DNA of 64,000 nucleotides from Eubacteriales bacterium (GTDB lineage: Bacteria > Bacillota > Clostridia > Oscillospirales > CAG-272): contig JBGVPG010000009.1 of assembly GCA_045126855.1 (NCBI GenBank), positions 10,752-74,751 on the forward strand. Direction: 5' to 3'. Below are positions 18,596 through 28,250 of the stretch, one piece after another (the stretch's first letter is position 1; every line of letters begins with the position of its first letter). Under the pieces are notes generated by a model. It was not told where the DNA came from, made no database searches, and saw only the letters and a list, made by a program, of their open reading frames with translations. The position numbers were made by a program, and so were the translations under genes.

Positions 18596-20668
18596 TTAGA
18601 TAGAGCCTACAATGTAGGGAGCCATATCAGCTCTCTCCTGCTCAAGTCTTTCAGCCTCTGCTGCTTCCTCAGCCTCTCTCTCAGCTCTCTCGGCATCTCT
18701 CTGAGCCTTCTCAGCCGCACGAGCTTCTGCTGCAGCTGCACGCTGCTCAGCCTCAAGAATAGCACGAATAGAAAGAGCAAGCTTTCTGTTCTCGTTATCG
18801 ATCTCGATAATCTTTACGTTAACCTCATCGCCAACCTTAAGAACGTCTGCAGGGGAGTTGATTCTCTCAGTAGAGATTCTGGAAATATGGATAAGACCAT
18901 CAACATCCTCAAATACCTCAGCAAATGCGCCGAAGGGCATAATAGAAACGATCTTTGCAGAAACGATGTCACCCTCATTGTACTGCTGGGTGAACTTGTA
19001 CCAGGAATCCATATCCTGAGTCTTGTAACCAAGGGAAATTCTCTTCTTCTCAACGTCAAGATCCTTGATGTAAACCTTAAGCTCCTGACCTACAGATACA
19101 ACCTGAGAAGGATGCTTAATTCTCTTCCAGGAGAGCTCGGAGTTATGAACCATACCGTCAACACCACCGATGTCCACGAAAGCACCGTAGTTGGTAAGAT
19201 TCTTAACAACGCCAACGTACTCGTTGCCAACCGCAAGGTTTGCCCAAAGAGCCTCTTCCTGAGCCTTCTTCTGCTCGTTAAGAATAACCTTGATGGAGCC
19301 AAGAGCCTTCTTCTTAGCTACGTCGAACTCGAGAAGACGAACCTTCTGAGTAGTACCTACAAGAACGGAGAGATCTCCACCCTTTGCGATACCGGTCTGA
19401 GAGGCGGGGATAAATACGGTATTGCCCATGTAGGAGAGAAGAACGCCGCCCTTGATAGCGGAAACGATCTTACCCTCGAGGTCAACACCATTCTCGTGAG
19501 CGTCCCTAAGGACGGTCCAGCTGTTGTCAGCGTCAACTCTCTTCTTAGAAACGGTTGCGATACCCTTGCCGTCCTCAACTCTGATTACGAAGACGTCAAC
19601 CTGGTCGCCGATCTTGAACATTTCGTTCAGCTTTACGTCGGGATCATCAGTAATCTGCTCTTTAGTGAGCACGCCGGTGAACTTAGCACCGAGATCAAGC
19701 TTGATCTCGTTCTGGCCGATAGTGAATACGGTACCGGTAACTGTTTCTCCTGTATGTAAAGTTTTGAGTGAGCCTTCCAACATTTGACTAAAGTTTTCCA
19801 TTGCTTTAAAAACCTCCATTATTATACCGTCGGGAGTGGAAGCACCCGCGGTTATTCCTGCGCTTTTCGCGCTGTCAGGAAAATCAGCTGTTAATTCTGC
19901 CGCCGTTTCAATGCATAAAGTATGGGGGCAGACCTCTTTGCAAAGGCTATAAAGCTTTTGCGTGTTAGAGCTGTCCCTTCCGCCTATGACAATCATAACG
20001 TCGGACTTTTTGGCAAGTTCAATTGCCTCATACTGACGATTTTCAGTGACACCACATATTGTATCAAAAAAAATCGCATTTGTATATAGTTTTTTTAAAA
20101 ATTTTTTAATTTGTATAAATTGTATTAAATTTTGGGTAGTTTGTGCACATAAAATAGGCACTTTGCCTTGCAAATTAAGGTCATTCAGGTCATCGATCGA
20201 GGTAATTATACGTCCATCGCCATTAATGTGGCTTATTATTCCAACAGACTCCGGGTGAGTTTGTGAACCGAAAAGAATAAAATAGGTGTTATCGTTTGTA
20301 TTTTCCGCTGCAATTTTGTGAATGCGCTTAACAGAGGGGCAGGTCAGATCGACGATCTTAACTCGATCGTATTTCTTTTCAACATCCCTTAAAAACTGCT
20401 CGTCGGATTTCGTAATACCATGTGTTCTGATGACAAACGTAATACATTTATCGCGGTTACTTTCTACAACCAATTCAACGTCGGAAATAGAAAGGGACTT
20501 AACACCATGATCTTCCAGATCCTGAACGTAATTACGGTTATGGATAAGTGAGCCGAGCGTGAAAATCAAATCATTGTCTGATCTCTCCCGGATAAGCTTT
20601 TTTATTGCTTCGTCAGCTCGTCGAACCCCAGGGCAAAATCCTGCGTTTTTCGAAAGAGTGATTTCCAA
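18596..20668 (-). CDS. ispH: Bifunctional 4-hydroxy-3-methylbut-2-enyl diphosphate reductase (IspH) / ribosomal protein S1
   Basis: The N-terminal ~285 aa are IspH (GFCPGVRRA). Four S1 repeats and an Ala/Glu-rich tail follow. TTG start at 20668. Confidence 0.92.
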   Translation of the reverse strand: MEITLSKNAGFCPGVRRADEAIKKLIRERSDNDLIFTLGSLIHNRNYVQDLEDHGVKSLSISDVELVVESNRDKCITFVIRTHGITKSDEQFLRDVEKKYDRVKIVDLTCPSVKRIHKIAAENTNDNTYFILFGSQTHPESVGIISHINGDGRIITSIDDLNDLNLQGKVPILCAQTTQNLIQFIQIKKFLKKLYTNAIFFDTICGVTENRQYEAIELAKKSDVMIVIGGRDSSNTQKLYSLCKEVCPHTLCIETAAELTADFPDSAKSAGITAGASTPDGIIMEVFKAMENFSQMLEGSLKTLHTGETVTGTVFTIGQNEIKLDLGAKFTGVLTKEQITDDPDVKLNEMFKIGDQVDVFVIRVEDGKGIATVSKKRVDADNSWTVLRDAHENGVDLEGKIVSAIKGGVLLSYMGNTVFIPASQTGIAKGGDLSVLVGTTQKVRLLEFDVAKKKALGSIKVILNEQKKAQEEALWANLAVGNEYVGVVKNLTNYGAFVDIGGVDGMVHNSELSWKRIKHPSQVVSVGQELKVYIKDLDVEKKRISLGYKTQDMDSWYKFTQQYNEGDIVSAKIVSIMPFGAFAEVFEDVDGLIHISRISTERINSPADVLKVGDEVNVKIIEIDNENRKLALSIRAILEAEQRAAAAEARAAEKAQRDAERAEREAEEAAEAERLEQERADMAPYIVGSI

Positions 20669-22000
20669 CTACTTTTTCCTCTTTTTCTTCTTATTCGCTC
20701 TGTCACGCTCAGGAGTATATTCAGGAAGGGAAGAGAAGTTACCATTTTTAACCACTTCGGCGAATATCATATCCGTCGCCCTCGCATATTCGTCGCGACC
20801 GCCCGAACTGAATCCAAGATCTTCGTAGCTCATAGGCTTGCCGAAAACAACTCTAGTACGCTTGAACAAACCGTACTTTGCACCCCTCATATCAATCGTA
20901 ACAGGAATAACGTCGCACTTTGCATGGTAAGCGATTAATGCTGCGCCATTTCTGACCGGTGTTGTTGCGGGATTGACACCGGGGCATCTATGTCCCTGGG
21001 GGAATATTGTTACAACTTTACCTTTTTCGAGAGTGAATACCGCAGCCTTAATAGCACCAACGTCAGCTCCGCTACGGTCAATTTTAACAGCTCCAAGAGC
21101 CTTTATCAATCCACCCAGCACAGGAATGCCAAATAGTTCTTTTTTTGCAATACAGGTAATCTGACGGGGGCATACGGCACCAATGGAGATAACGTCTACG
21201 GCTGCAATATGATTTGGGCAGAGAAGAACGCCACCTTCCTTAGGAATGTTTTCCTTACCAACGACTTCAACGTTAAACAAAAGTCGGTAAATAGGGGATA
21301 CGATAGCCTTTAAAACGGTATATAAAGGAGTCTTGTCCTTCGTTTTCTGTTTTACAATTTTCAGAATTTTCTCCACAGTTTCTTTTTCTGTGAGCTTAGA
21401 GTTATCAAGAAGAATCGCATCGGGTGCAGCAACGCAGGGCGCAACGCTTCGGGTAGAATCATTTTTGTCTCGCTCCACCATTTCCTCGTATACCTGCTGT
21501 AAGGTGACGTCCTTGCCTTTAGCAAGCAACTCCTTGTAACGTCTATACGCTCTCGTTTCGGGAGAAGCGGTTAAAAAGATTTTAACCTCGGCGTTAGGAA
21601 GAATAACAGTACCAATGTCTCTTCCATCCATTACGACGCTGTTCTTCTTTGCGGTATTCCTTTGCGTAAGAAGGAGGAATTCTCTCACCTCGGGTATGGC
21701 GCTTACCGCAGATGCCGCCATAGAAGCTTCGGGACTTCTTATTTCATCGCCACGATCTACACCGTTAAGCAGGATAATCTGCTTACCGTCTTCAAATTTA
21801 AGATCAATTGAAAGCTCGGACAAAGCAGGAACAACTCTGTCTCTGTCCTTGGGGTCAATGTTTTTATCGAGCATAAAAAGTCCGATGTTACGATACAGTG
21901 CACCCGTGTCAACGTAAATAATGCCAAGCTCACGCGAGACCGCCTTGGCAACGCTGGATTTTCCGGCACCGCCCGGGCCGTCGATTGCTATTCTAACCAT
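20669..22000 (-). CDS. cmk: Fusion protein: cytidylate kinase (Cmk) plus 1-acyl-sn-glycerol-3-phosphate acyltransferase (PlsC)
   Basis: The N-terminus has IAIDGPGGAGKSS and DGRD motifs. The C-terminal half has NHIAAVD (HX4D) and an FPQG-type motif. Poly-Lys tail. Confidence 0.88.
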   Translation of the reverse strand: MVRIAIDGPGGAGKSSVAKAVSRELGIIYVDTGALYRNIGLFMLDKNIDPKDRDRVVPALSELSIDLKFEDGKQIILLNGVDRGDEIRSPEASMAASAVSAIPEVREFLLLTQRNTAKKNSVVMDGRDIGTVILPNAEVKIFLTASPETRAYRRYKELLAKGKDVTLQQVYEEMVERDKNDSTRSVAPCVAAPDAILLDNSKLTEKETVEKILKIVKQKTKDKTPLYTVLKAIVSPIYRLLFNVEVVGKENIPKEGGVLLCPNHIAAVDVISIGAVCPRQITCIAKKELFGIPVLGGLIKALGAVKIDRSGADVGAIKAAVFTLEKGKVVTIFPQGHRCPGVNPATTPVRNGAALIAYHAKCDVIPVTIDMRGAKYGLFKRTRVVFGKPMSYEDLGFSSGGRDEYARATDMIFAEVVKNGNFSSLPEYTPERDRANKKKKRKK

Positions 22001-22024
22001 AATTAACTCCTATAAAGAACGATT

Positions 22025-23278
22025 TTATGATTCTGCCGCAGATTTTCCCGCTAAATATCCCGTGGAGAAGGCAATTTGAAGATTGTATCCGCCTGTATAA
22101 GCATCGACGTCAATAACCTCTCCGCAGAAATATAAGCCCGGAATAAGCCGCGATTCCATGGTTTTGGGTGTAATTTCCTTGACCTCAACACCTCCGGAGG
22201 TAACTATTGCCTCCTCTATCGGTCTGTATCCGTCAAGGGGTATTTCCAATCCCTTTAGGGCATTAAGAATTGTATGCCTTTCTTCCTTCGTTATTGAATT
22301 GACCTTCTTTCTACAATCAAGCCCACAGTAAGAAATAAATGGTTCAATCATTTTTGAAGGAAGGAGATCTCCAAGGGCATTGATAAGATCTCGGTTTGCC
22401 ATCTTCGAGAAATCAGACAGTAGCCTAGCATCAAGGGTTTTCTCATCAAGCGCAGGCTTCAAATCAATAGAAAGACGAAGTGAAGAAATATTATAATTTC
22501 GAAGTCTCGCCGAAGCAGATAAAATAACAGGACCGGTAACTCCGAAATGAGCAAACATCATTTCACCAAAATCTGTATACAAAGCCTTTTCTGCCTCGTC
22601 TTTAATTGTGATTTTAACGTTTCGCAGCGATAAACCCTGCATTTGTTTACACAACGGAGAATGGCTTACGAGGGGAATTAATGACGGGATCAGCTCTGTA
22701 ACGGTGTGTCCAAGTTTTAGAGCCAAGCCGTATCCCGAACCGTCAGAGCCTGTAAGAGGATATGATTTTCCTCCCGTTGCAATAATCACTTTATCAAATC
22801 GATACGTTTTCGTCCCTGCAGTCAATTCAAATCCGTCATCTACATTTTTTACAGAAACAACCTTCTTGTGAACGATATTTGCCGCAGAGCAATAGCTTTT
22901 CAAAGCGTTTACAATGTCAATTGCTTTTTCACTCTCCGGGAAAACTCGTCTTCCGCGTTCGGTCTTCAGCGATACGCCAAGAGATTCGAAAAGCGACATA
23001 GTATCCTCGGTAGAAAATGAAGACAGGGCAGCATATAAGAATCTGTGATTTTTTGTTACGTTTTCAAGAAATTCGTCACGACTACAGTTGTTAGTTACGT
23101 TGCATCTGCCTTTGCCAGTTATAGCAAGCTTTTTTCCAAGTCTGTCGGTAGATTCAAAAATCGTAACATCAGCGCCTGAAAGAACAGCAGTACCTGCAGC
23201 CACCATTCCGGCAGCTCCGCCACCTATTACGGCAATTCTGTTTGTTTGGTAAAAATTATCGTTTAGCATAGACCTCAT
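22025..23278 (-). CDS. HI0933/YhiN-family FAD flavoprotein
   Basis: Contains the IAVIGGGAAGM dinucleotide fold and the family-typical C-terminus GEVIDVDAYTGGYNLQ. The start is set at the internal ATG because the extension overlaps rpiR. Confidence 0.85.
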   Translation of the reverse strand: MRSMLNDNFYQTNRIAVIGGGAAGMVAAGTAVLSGADVTIFESTDRLGKKLAITGKGRCNVTNNCSRDEFLENVTKNHRFLYAALSSFSTEDTMSLFESLGVSLKTERGRRVFPESEKAIDIVNALKSYCSAANIVHKKVVSVKNVDDGFELTAGTKTYRFDKVIIATGGKSYPLTGSDGSGYGLALKLGHTVTELIPSLIPLVSHSPLCKQMQGLSLRNVKITIKDEAEKALYTDFGEMMFAHFGVTGPVILSASARLRNYNISSLRLSIDLKPALDEKTLDARLLSDFSKMANRDLINALGDLLPSKMIEPFISYCGLDCRKKVNSITKEERHTILNALKGLEIPLDGYRPIEEAIVTSGGVEVKEITPKTMESRLIPGLYFCGEVIDVDAYTGGYNLQIAFSTGYLAGKSAAES

Positions 23279-24113
23279 ATTCGTCCCAAAGCTTTTCAAG
23301 GGCGTCGAATCTCTCGGTAATCTCCTTTTCACGTCTCGCAGTAATCTCAATAATTATAGCATTTATAATGCTAAGAGGAGCTACGAGAGAATCCATAAAG
23401 GACGCCATATCAGACTGAGCAATAAGAACGCAATCTGCGAACTCAACAAGTGGAGATACGTCGGAGTCGGTAAATACTACGACCTTAGCATTCTTCTGCT
23501 TGGCAAACTTGATACCATTGATCATCTTAGAGGAATATCTGGGGAAGGAAAAAGCAATTACAACGTCTTCCTCGCCAATGGAGTACATCTGCTCAAAAAC
23601 CTCGGAGGATGACGTGGGAACTATGAACTTTACATTATCGAAAATAAGCGAGAGATTGTATGACAAATGTCTTGCAATAGGTTCAGATGACCTGGCACCG
23701 GTAATGTAAATAGTTCTGGCGGATATTATTGAATCTACGGCATTGATAAATGCTTTTCGGTCAAGACGCTCAAGCGTGTGCTTGATCTTATTTATATCAG
23801 ACTCCATAACGTTATCAATAACGTCACCACGACCAATTCGCTGCTTAGTAATTTCAATACGCTGGTTAGGCGTCAGCTTAATTCTTACAAGCTCCTGAAC
23901 AGCAAGCTGGAACTGAGAATATCCTTCAAATCCAAGCTCATCAGCAAATCTGACAACTGTGGACTCGGAAACGCCAACAAGAGTTCCAAGCTTGGCCGCC
24001 GTAAGATATGCAACCTTATCATAATCATTTAATACTGCATTTGCAATCTTTTTCTGCCCTTTTGAAAGGGTGGAATATATCGCTCTGATTCTTTCTGAAA
24101 TGTCAGCTGCCAT
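23256..24113 (-). CDS. MurR/RpiR-family transcriptional regulator (HTH + SIS)
   Basis: N-terminal HTH_6 (LSKGQKKIANAVL) and a C-terminal SIS domain. Confidence 0.88.
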   Translation of the reverse strand: MAADISERIRAIYSTLSKGQKKIANAVLNDYDKVAYLTAAKLGTLVGVSESTVVRFADELGFEGYSQFQLAVQELVRIKLTPNQRIEITKQRIGRGDVIDNVMESDINKIKHTLERLDRKAFINAVDSIISARTIYITGARSSEPIARHLSYNLSLIFDNVKFIVPTSSSEVFEQMYSIGEEDVVIAFSFPRYSSKMINGIKFAKQKNAKVVVFTDSDVSPLVEFADCVLIAQSDMASFMDSLVAPLSIINAIIIEITARREKEITERFDALEKLWDEYEVYAKR

Positions 24114-24173
24114 GTTTATACCTCACAATAAAATGAATGATAAATGTACTTTTGATTCAAAATATCAACTACC

Positions 24174-24202
24174 ATTATATCACATAAAATTATTTTTTTC
24201 AA
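24174..24202 (-). promoter_or_regulatory. Sigma-A promoter TTGAAA-17-TATAAT for the rpiR-family gene
   Basis: Hexamers and spacing fit. A TTTTGA-A-TCAAAA palindrome lies in the leader. Confidence 0.7.
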
Positions 24203-24212
24203 GTATTTTTAA

Positions 24213-24245
24213 TAATAAAAGCCGTTTTGAATGAATCAAAACGGC
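24213..24245 (-). terminator. Intrinsic terminator of the Crp-ABC operon
   Basis: GCCGTTTTGA-loop-TCAAAACGGC followed by TTTTATTATT on the minus strand. Confidence 0.85.
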
Positions 24246-24252
24246 ATAATAA

Positions 24253-24846
24253 TCAAATTTTTGTAATTTGAATTTTGGTGGCATTCAAATATTCAATATC
24301 GCTTTCTGAATGAGTGACCACGATAACAAGTCTTTTTTCTGCTATTTCACGTACAATATCAAGTATCTTGTTAACGTTATTTGAATCAAGCTCTTTAGTG
24401 GGTTCATCAAGTAAAAGGATCGGCTTTTCACGGAGAAAGGCTCTGCATAAAGAAACTCGCTGCTTCATGCCGCCCGATAGTTCATTGGGGTATAGATTGA
24501 TTTCGTCCTCACTTAGTCCTGCTTTAAGCAATATATCTGTTGCACGTTGAATCTCTGCCTCGCTTTTTGTGTCAGAATTTGCCAAAACAACATTTTCAAG
24601 TGCTGTGAGATTTGATAACAGCCTATATTCTTGAAACGCAATTGATACGTTTTTTATGCCACCACCGAGAACCTTTCCGTCATAGTCATCATCCAGATTG
24701 GCGATAATCCTTAGGAGGGTTGTTTTACCGATGCCGCTGTCTCCAACCAGTGCTACAACGCCTTTTGGGGGAAAATCGTATGAAAAACAATTAAGAATTT
24801 TCTTTTCACCAAAGGATTTTGTGATGTTAATCAATCTTAAGCTCAT
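24253..24846 (-). CDS. ABC transporter ATP-binding protein (compact, 197 aa)
   Basis: Contains GDSGIGKTT, LSGGMKQR, LLLDEPT and VTHS. Confidence 0.9.
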   Translation of the reverse strand: MSLRLINITKSFGEKKILNCFSYDFPPKGVVALVGDSGIGKTTLLRIIANLDDDYDGKVLGGGIKNVSIAFQEYRLLSNLTALENVVLANSDTKSEAEIQRATDILLKAGLSEDEINLYPNELSGGMKQRVSLCRAFLREKPILLLDEPTKELDSNNVNKILDIVREIAEKRLVIVVTHSESDIEYLNATKIQITKI

Positions 24847-25574
24847 TTAATCCTCCTAAGCATTCTTTTAGCAACGGATTCAAGCAAAATGCTGAATGTA
24901 ACAATTACGATCGTCCAAGCAAAAACAGTTGGGGTATCCATATTATATTTTGCATCGTTTATACCTTGACCAATAGATTTTTTTGTATATGCTATAATCT
25001 CAGCGGCAATTTCCGCCTTCCAAGCAAGACCCGTCGCCGAAATAACTGCAGGTACAAGAAACCTTTTCAAGGTTGGTAGATAAATAAGTTTTATCTTTCT
25101 AATCATGGAAAATTCAAAAACCTTTGCGACCTCCATGGTGTCCTTGTCAATTGAATTAATTGAGTCCACGGTTGATTGCCATATAAGAGGCAGAACCATT
25201 AGAAATCCAATAAAAACAGACAGGGCATCGCCGCTCATAAGAACCCACAGCAAAACGATAAATGAGGCGACGGGAGTGGATTTTATGATAGAGATAACAG
25301 GTGCAAAAATTATATCCATATAATAAAACCTTTTGCACGCAACACCAATTCCAATACCCAGCACAATACCAAGAATCAGACCGGCGAGAACCCTTAATGC
25401 ACTAAAAAGTACAGCTTTATAGAACGTAAATTCAGAAAGTAAAGCACCAATGGCGGTGATGGTAGATGGAATGCCCGGCAAAAGGTATTCATTGGAAACA
25501 ATTAAGGATAGGATCTGCCAAACAGAGATCCAAATCAATAACGGCAGGGCAACTTTTATAAGTTTATTTTTCAT
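24843..25574 (-). CDS. ABC transporter permease (NitT/TauT-type)
   Basis: About 6 TM helices and an EAA-like loop. The start and stop overlap the neighbouring genes. Confidence 0.85.
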   Translation of the reverse strand: MKNKLIKVALPLLIWISVWQILSLIVSNEYLLPGIPSTITAIGALLSEFTFYKAVLFSALRVLAGLILGIVLGIGIGVACKRFYYMDIIFAPVISIIKSTPVASFIVLLWVLMSGDALSVFIGFLMVLPLIWQSTVDSINSIDKDTMEVAKVFEFSMIRKIKLIYLPTLKRFLVPAVISATGLAWKAEIAAEIIAYTKKSIGQGINDAKYNMDTPTVFAWTIVIVTFSILLESVAKRMLRRIK

Positions 25575-26562
25575 AGTAGAAGTCTTCCGAGGGAAGTGTT
25601 ACACCTATGGCACTATAAAAGGCAACCAATGCATCCCTCATCGACGAACCATCAATATAAGATATTGAATTACCAAGATTGATCAATGCCTTTTTAGCTG
25701 CAGGTGCAGCCACCATTACGCCGCTTTCGACAATATAATTTACGGCAGAATCAAGATTTTCAACGTTGCCAATATAATCCACCGATGCCTTATATTCCTC
25801 CAGGAAGTCATTGAGCTCGGTCTTGTGATATTTCGCAAAATCGCCGTCTGCAATAAGACAACCCATGGTAATCGGAGTATCAGTAAATTTTGACCACTCA
25901 TCGTTAAGATCAACATCAACTGTATATACAATAGAATCATTTGCGTTTTTAGAAATAGTCAAAAGGGAAGAGGTAACCAAAGGCTCCGGCATAACCGCAT
26001 TTGGGATTGATCCGTTAACTACGCAAGCAGAAAGATCCTGAGGAGTAACAATTTCCTTACCATCAATTTCATACGAAATAGTTACGTTAAGATTAAGTTC
26101 TGAAATTATATGTTGAAGAACGGATCTTGGAGTTCCGTTCTTGCAGGTATAAACCGTCTGTCCTTCAAGCTCGGCAAGTGAGGTAACCTTCTCATTGCCG
26201 GACGTCAGCAGAAACAAAGAGTTTAAACAGTTGATGGCAAGCACCTTGGCATTATTATCAACCTTTGAATAATACATAGCAGCCTCGTTAGTCGGGAGAC
26301 AAATAACGTCAATATTTCCGGCGGCAAGATCTGCCTTTGCAGCATTAGTATCTGCGTACTTTTTGAAGGAATACTTGTTGCTTTCTCCATCTAAACCGCC
26401 ATTGTCACATATAAGTTTGGCCATTCCCATTCCGGTAGGGCCGGCCATATATCCAACGCGAATAAGGGTTTTTTCGGGTTTCTCGGTATTATCAGTTAAA
26501 TTGCAACTGAAAAGAGAAAAGATTAGTGCAACTACCATTAAAATTGAAGCAATTTTTTTCAT
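25564..26562 (-). CDS. ABC transporter substrate-binding lipoprotein (NMT1/THI5- or SsuA-like)
   Basis: Lipobox LFSC at the N-terminus and a periplasmic-binding fold pattern. Confidence 0.75.
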   Translation of the reverse strand: MKKIASILMVVALIFSLFSCNLTDNTEKPEKTLIRVGYMAGPTGMGMAKLICDNGGLDGESNKYSFKKYADTNAAKADLAAGNIDVICLPTNEAAMYYSKVDNNAKVLAINCLNSLFLLTSGNEKVTSLAELEGQTVYTCKNGTPRSVLQHIISELNLNVTISYEIDGKEIVTPQDLSACVVNGSIPNAVMPEPLVTSSLLTISKNANDSIVYTVDVDLNDEWSKFTDTPITMGCLIADGDFAKYHKTELNDFLEEYKASVDYIGNVENLDSAVNYIVESGVMVAAPAAKKALINLGNSISYIDGSSMRDALVAFYSAIGVTLPSEDFYYEK

Positions 26563-27218
26563 CTTGAAATCCTTTCGAGTTCTTCATAATTTATTATTTT
26601 GATTTGTTTTTCGCTAATAGAAATTACTCCTGCATCTTCAAGAGAATCAACGGCACGATATACAGAAGCTCGTCCTGAATTAATTGCATCGGATGTTTTC
26701 TTAAAATTGAGATGTATTATTCGATCGTTAGTTTTTTTCGATTCATTAATCAGATAATTAGCAAGTCTCGACTCAACACTTCCTCCTGATAAGGTTGCTA
26801 GTTTTTGATTTAAAAAAGCGACTCTGCTAGCAAAAAAATTAATAAGATTCAAGGAAATTTGCGAAGAACTGTTTGCATATTCAAGTATTTTATTCTTGCT
26901 GAAATACAAAACACGTGTATTAGTCTCAGCAAAAATCTGAGTAGGATAATCATCGTTTGAAAAGGCGCTGAGAATACCAAAAGAGTTGCCGCTAAGCAGG
27001 GTGTTAAACAACGTTTTGCTACCGTCAGAGTGGATTCTGCAAACGTCACATTTTCCTTCAAGAATAAAGCCTACATCAAGCCCTATATCATTCGAGGGAT
27101 AAATCAAATCACCCCTTTTATATTTCCTCTCGGTGAAATCCTGATCGTTTTCAATTCGGTTCAATAAATCATCATCTACCCCTTTGAAAAGAAAGGTTTG
27201 TTTCAAAAACTGCAACAT
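26559..27218 (-). CDS. Crp/Fnr-family transcriptional regulator
   Basis: cNMP-binding domain plus a C-terminal HTH (SGRASVYRAV). The start is set at ATG 27218, because the promoter lies inside the ORF-track extension. Confidence 0.85.
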   Translation of the reverse strand: MLQFLKQTFLFKGVDDDLLNRIENDQDFTERKYKRGDLIYPSNDIGLDVGFILEGKCDVCRIHSDGSKTLFNTLLSGNSFGILSAFSNDDYPTQIFAETNTRVLYFSKNKILEYANSSSQISLNLINFFASRVAFLNQKLATLSGGSVESRLANYLINESKKTNDRIIHLNFKKTSDAINSGRASVYRAVDSLEDAGVISISEKQIKIINYEELERISR

Positions 27219-27251
27219 AAACTTCTCCATAAAGTGTATCATTTGATACAA

Positions 27252-27280
27252 ATTATAACACGCCCTAATTTGTTTGTCAA
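27252..27280 (-). promoter_or_regulatory. Sigma-A promoter TTGACA-17-TATAAT for the Crp-ABC operon
   Basis: Perfect hexamers, with GGAGAAG SD downstream. Confidence 0.8.
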
Positions 27281-27319
27281 CAGGGAAATACAAAAAATAC
27301 ATTCGGAGTCAAAAAAGTA

Positions 27320-27348
27320 TTGATTTTTTTAAATGCGTGTGTTATAAT
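27320..27348 (+). promoter_or_regulatory. Sigma-A promoter TTGATT-17-TATAAT for cdaA
   Basis: Divergent from the Crp promoter. Confidence 0.7.
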
Positions 27349-27380
27349 TATATAGATTTATTTATGAATGGAGCTATAAG

Positions 27381-28235
27381 ATGAATACTTTGCTCGTTAC
27401 CACGGGAAAGGAAACCCTTTCTCAAATAATTGAAAACGCCAAAGGCATCTTTCTTAATTTTCAGTGGACGGATGCTATAGATATCATTTTGCTTGCGCTT
27501 TTGTTCTACTTTGTTCTTAGCTTTTTCAAGAGTAGAAAAGCAGGCACACTTCTTATCGGTATATTCATATGCCTTGTCCTTTACACCGTTGCTGTATTCC
27601 TTAACTTGAGCGGTATTGAATACATTCTGTCAGGTGTGTTCAAGATCGGAGCGTTGGCAATTATTATTATTTTCCAGCCCGAGATACGTGATCTGCTTGA
27701 CACGATTGGCTCAGGATCAATCAAGGGTATCAAGACCTTCAGCGATCAGACTAGAAAAAAACAGGCAAAATATAAGGCTATTGACAACATTTGCAAAGCC
27801 GTTCACGTTATGTCAAAGGACAAAACAGGTGCTCTCATTGTTATAGGACGCACAACTCAGCTTGACGACGTTACACACTCCGGTATCGAAATCAATGCCG
27901 ACGTCTCTGATTATCTGATTAGAAATCTGTTTTATAATAAAGCTCCGCTTCACGACGGTGCAATAGTTATTGAAGGGAACAGAATTAAGGCTGCGGCTTG
28001 CATTCTTCCTCTCCCTAGACATACCTACGTACACAACGATTTGGGTACACGTCACCGTGCGGCAATTGGCTTGAGCGAGATAAGCGATGCAATTATCATT
28101 ATCGTTTCTGAGGAGACCGGAATTATTTCGGTTGCCAAGGAGAGTGAGCTCAAGCGTGACTTTACCGAAGATTCTCTTCGTAAGTTTTTGGTTAAAGAGC
28201 TTGTTGCCGAAAAGCACAATCAGGAAAACAACTGA
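27381..28235 (+). CDS. cdaA: Diadenylate cyclase CdaA
   Basis: Three N-terminal TM helices plus a DAC domain (TGALIVI, HDGA, RHRAA). Confidence 0.93.
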   Translation: MNTLLVTTGKETLSQIIENAKGIFLNFQWTDAIDIILLALLFYFVLSFFKSRKAGTLLIGIFICLVLYTVAVFLNLSGIEYILSGVFKIGALAIIIIFQPEIRDLLDTIGSGSIKGIKTFSDQTRKKQAKYKAIDNICKAVHVMSKDKTGALIVIGRTTQLDDVTHSGIEINADVSDYLIRNLFYNKAPLHDGAIVIEGNRIKAAACILPLPRHTYVHNDLGTRHRAAIGLSEISDAIIIIVSEETGIISVAKESELKRDFTEDSLRKFLVKELVAEKHNQENN

Positions 28236-28250
28236 TTTATCGAGGTTAAT

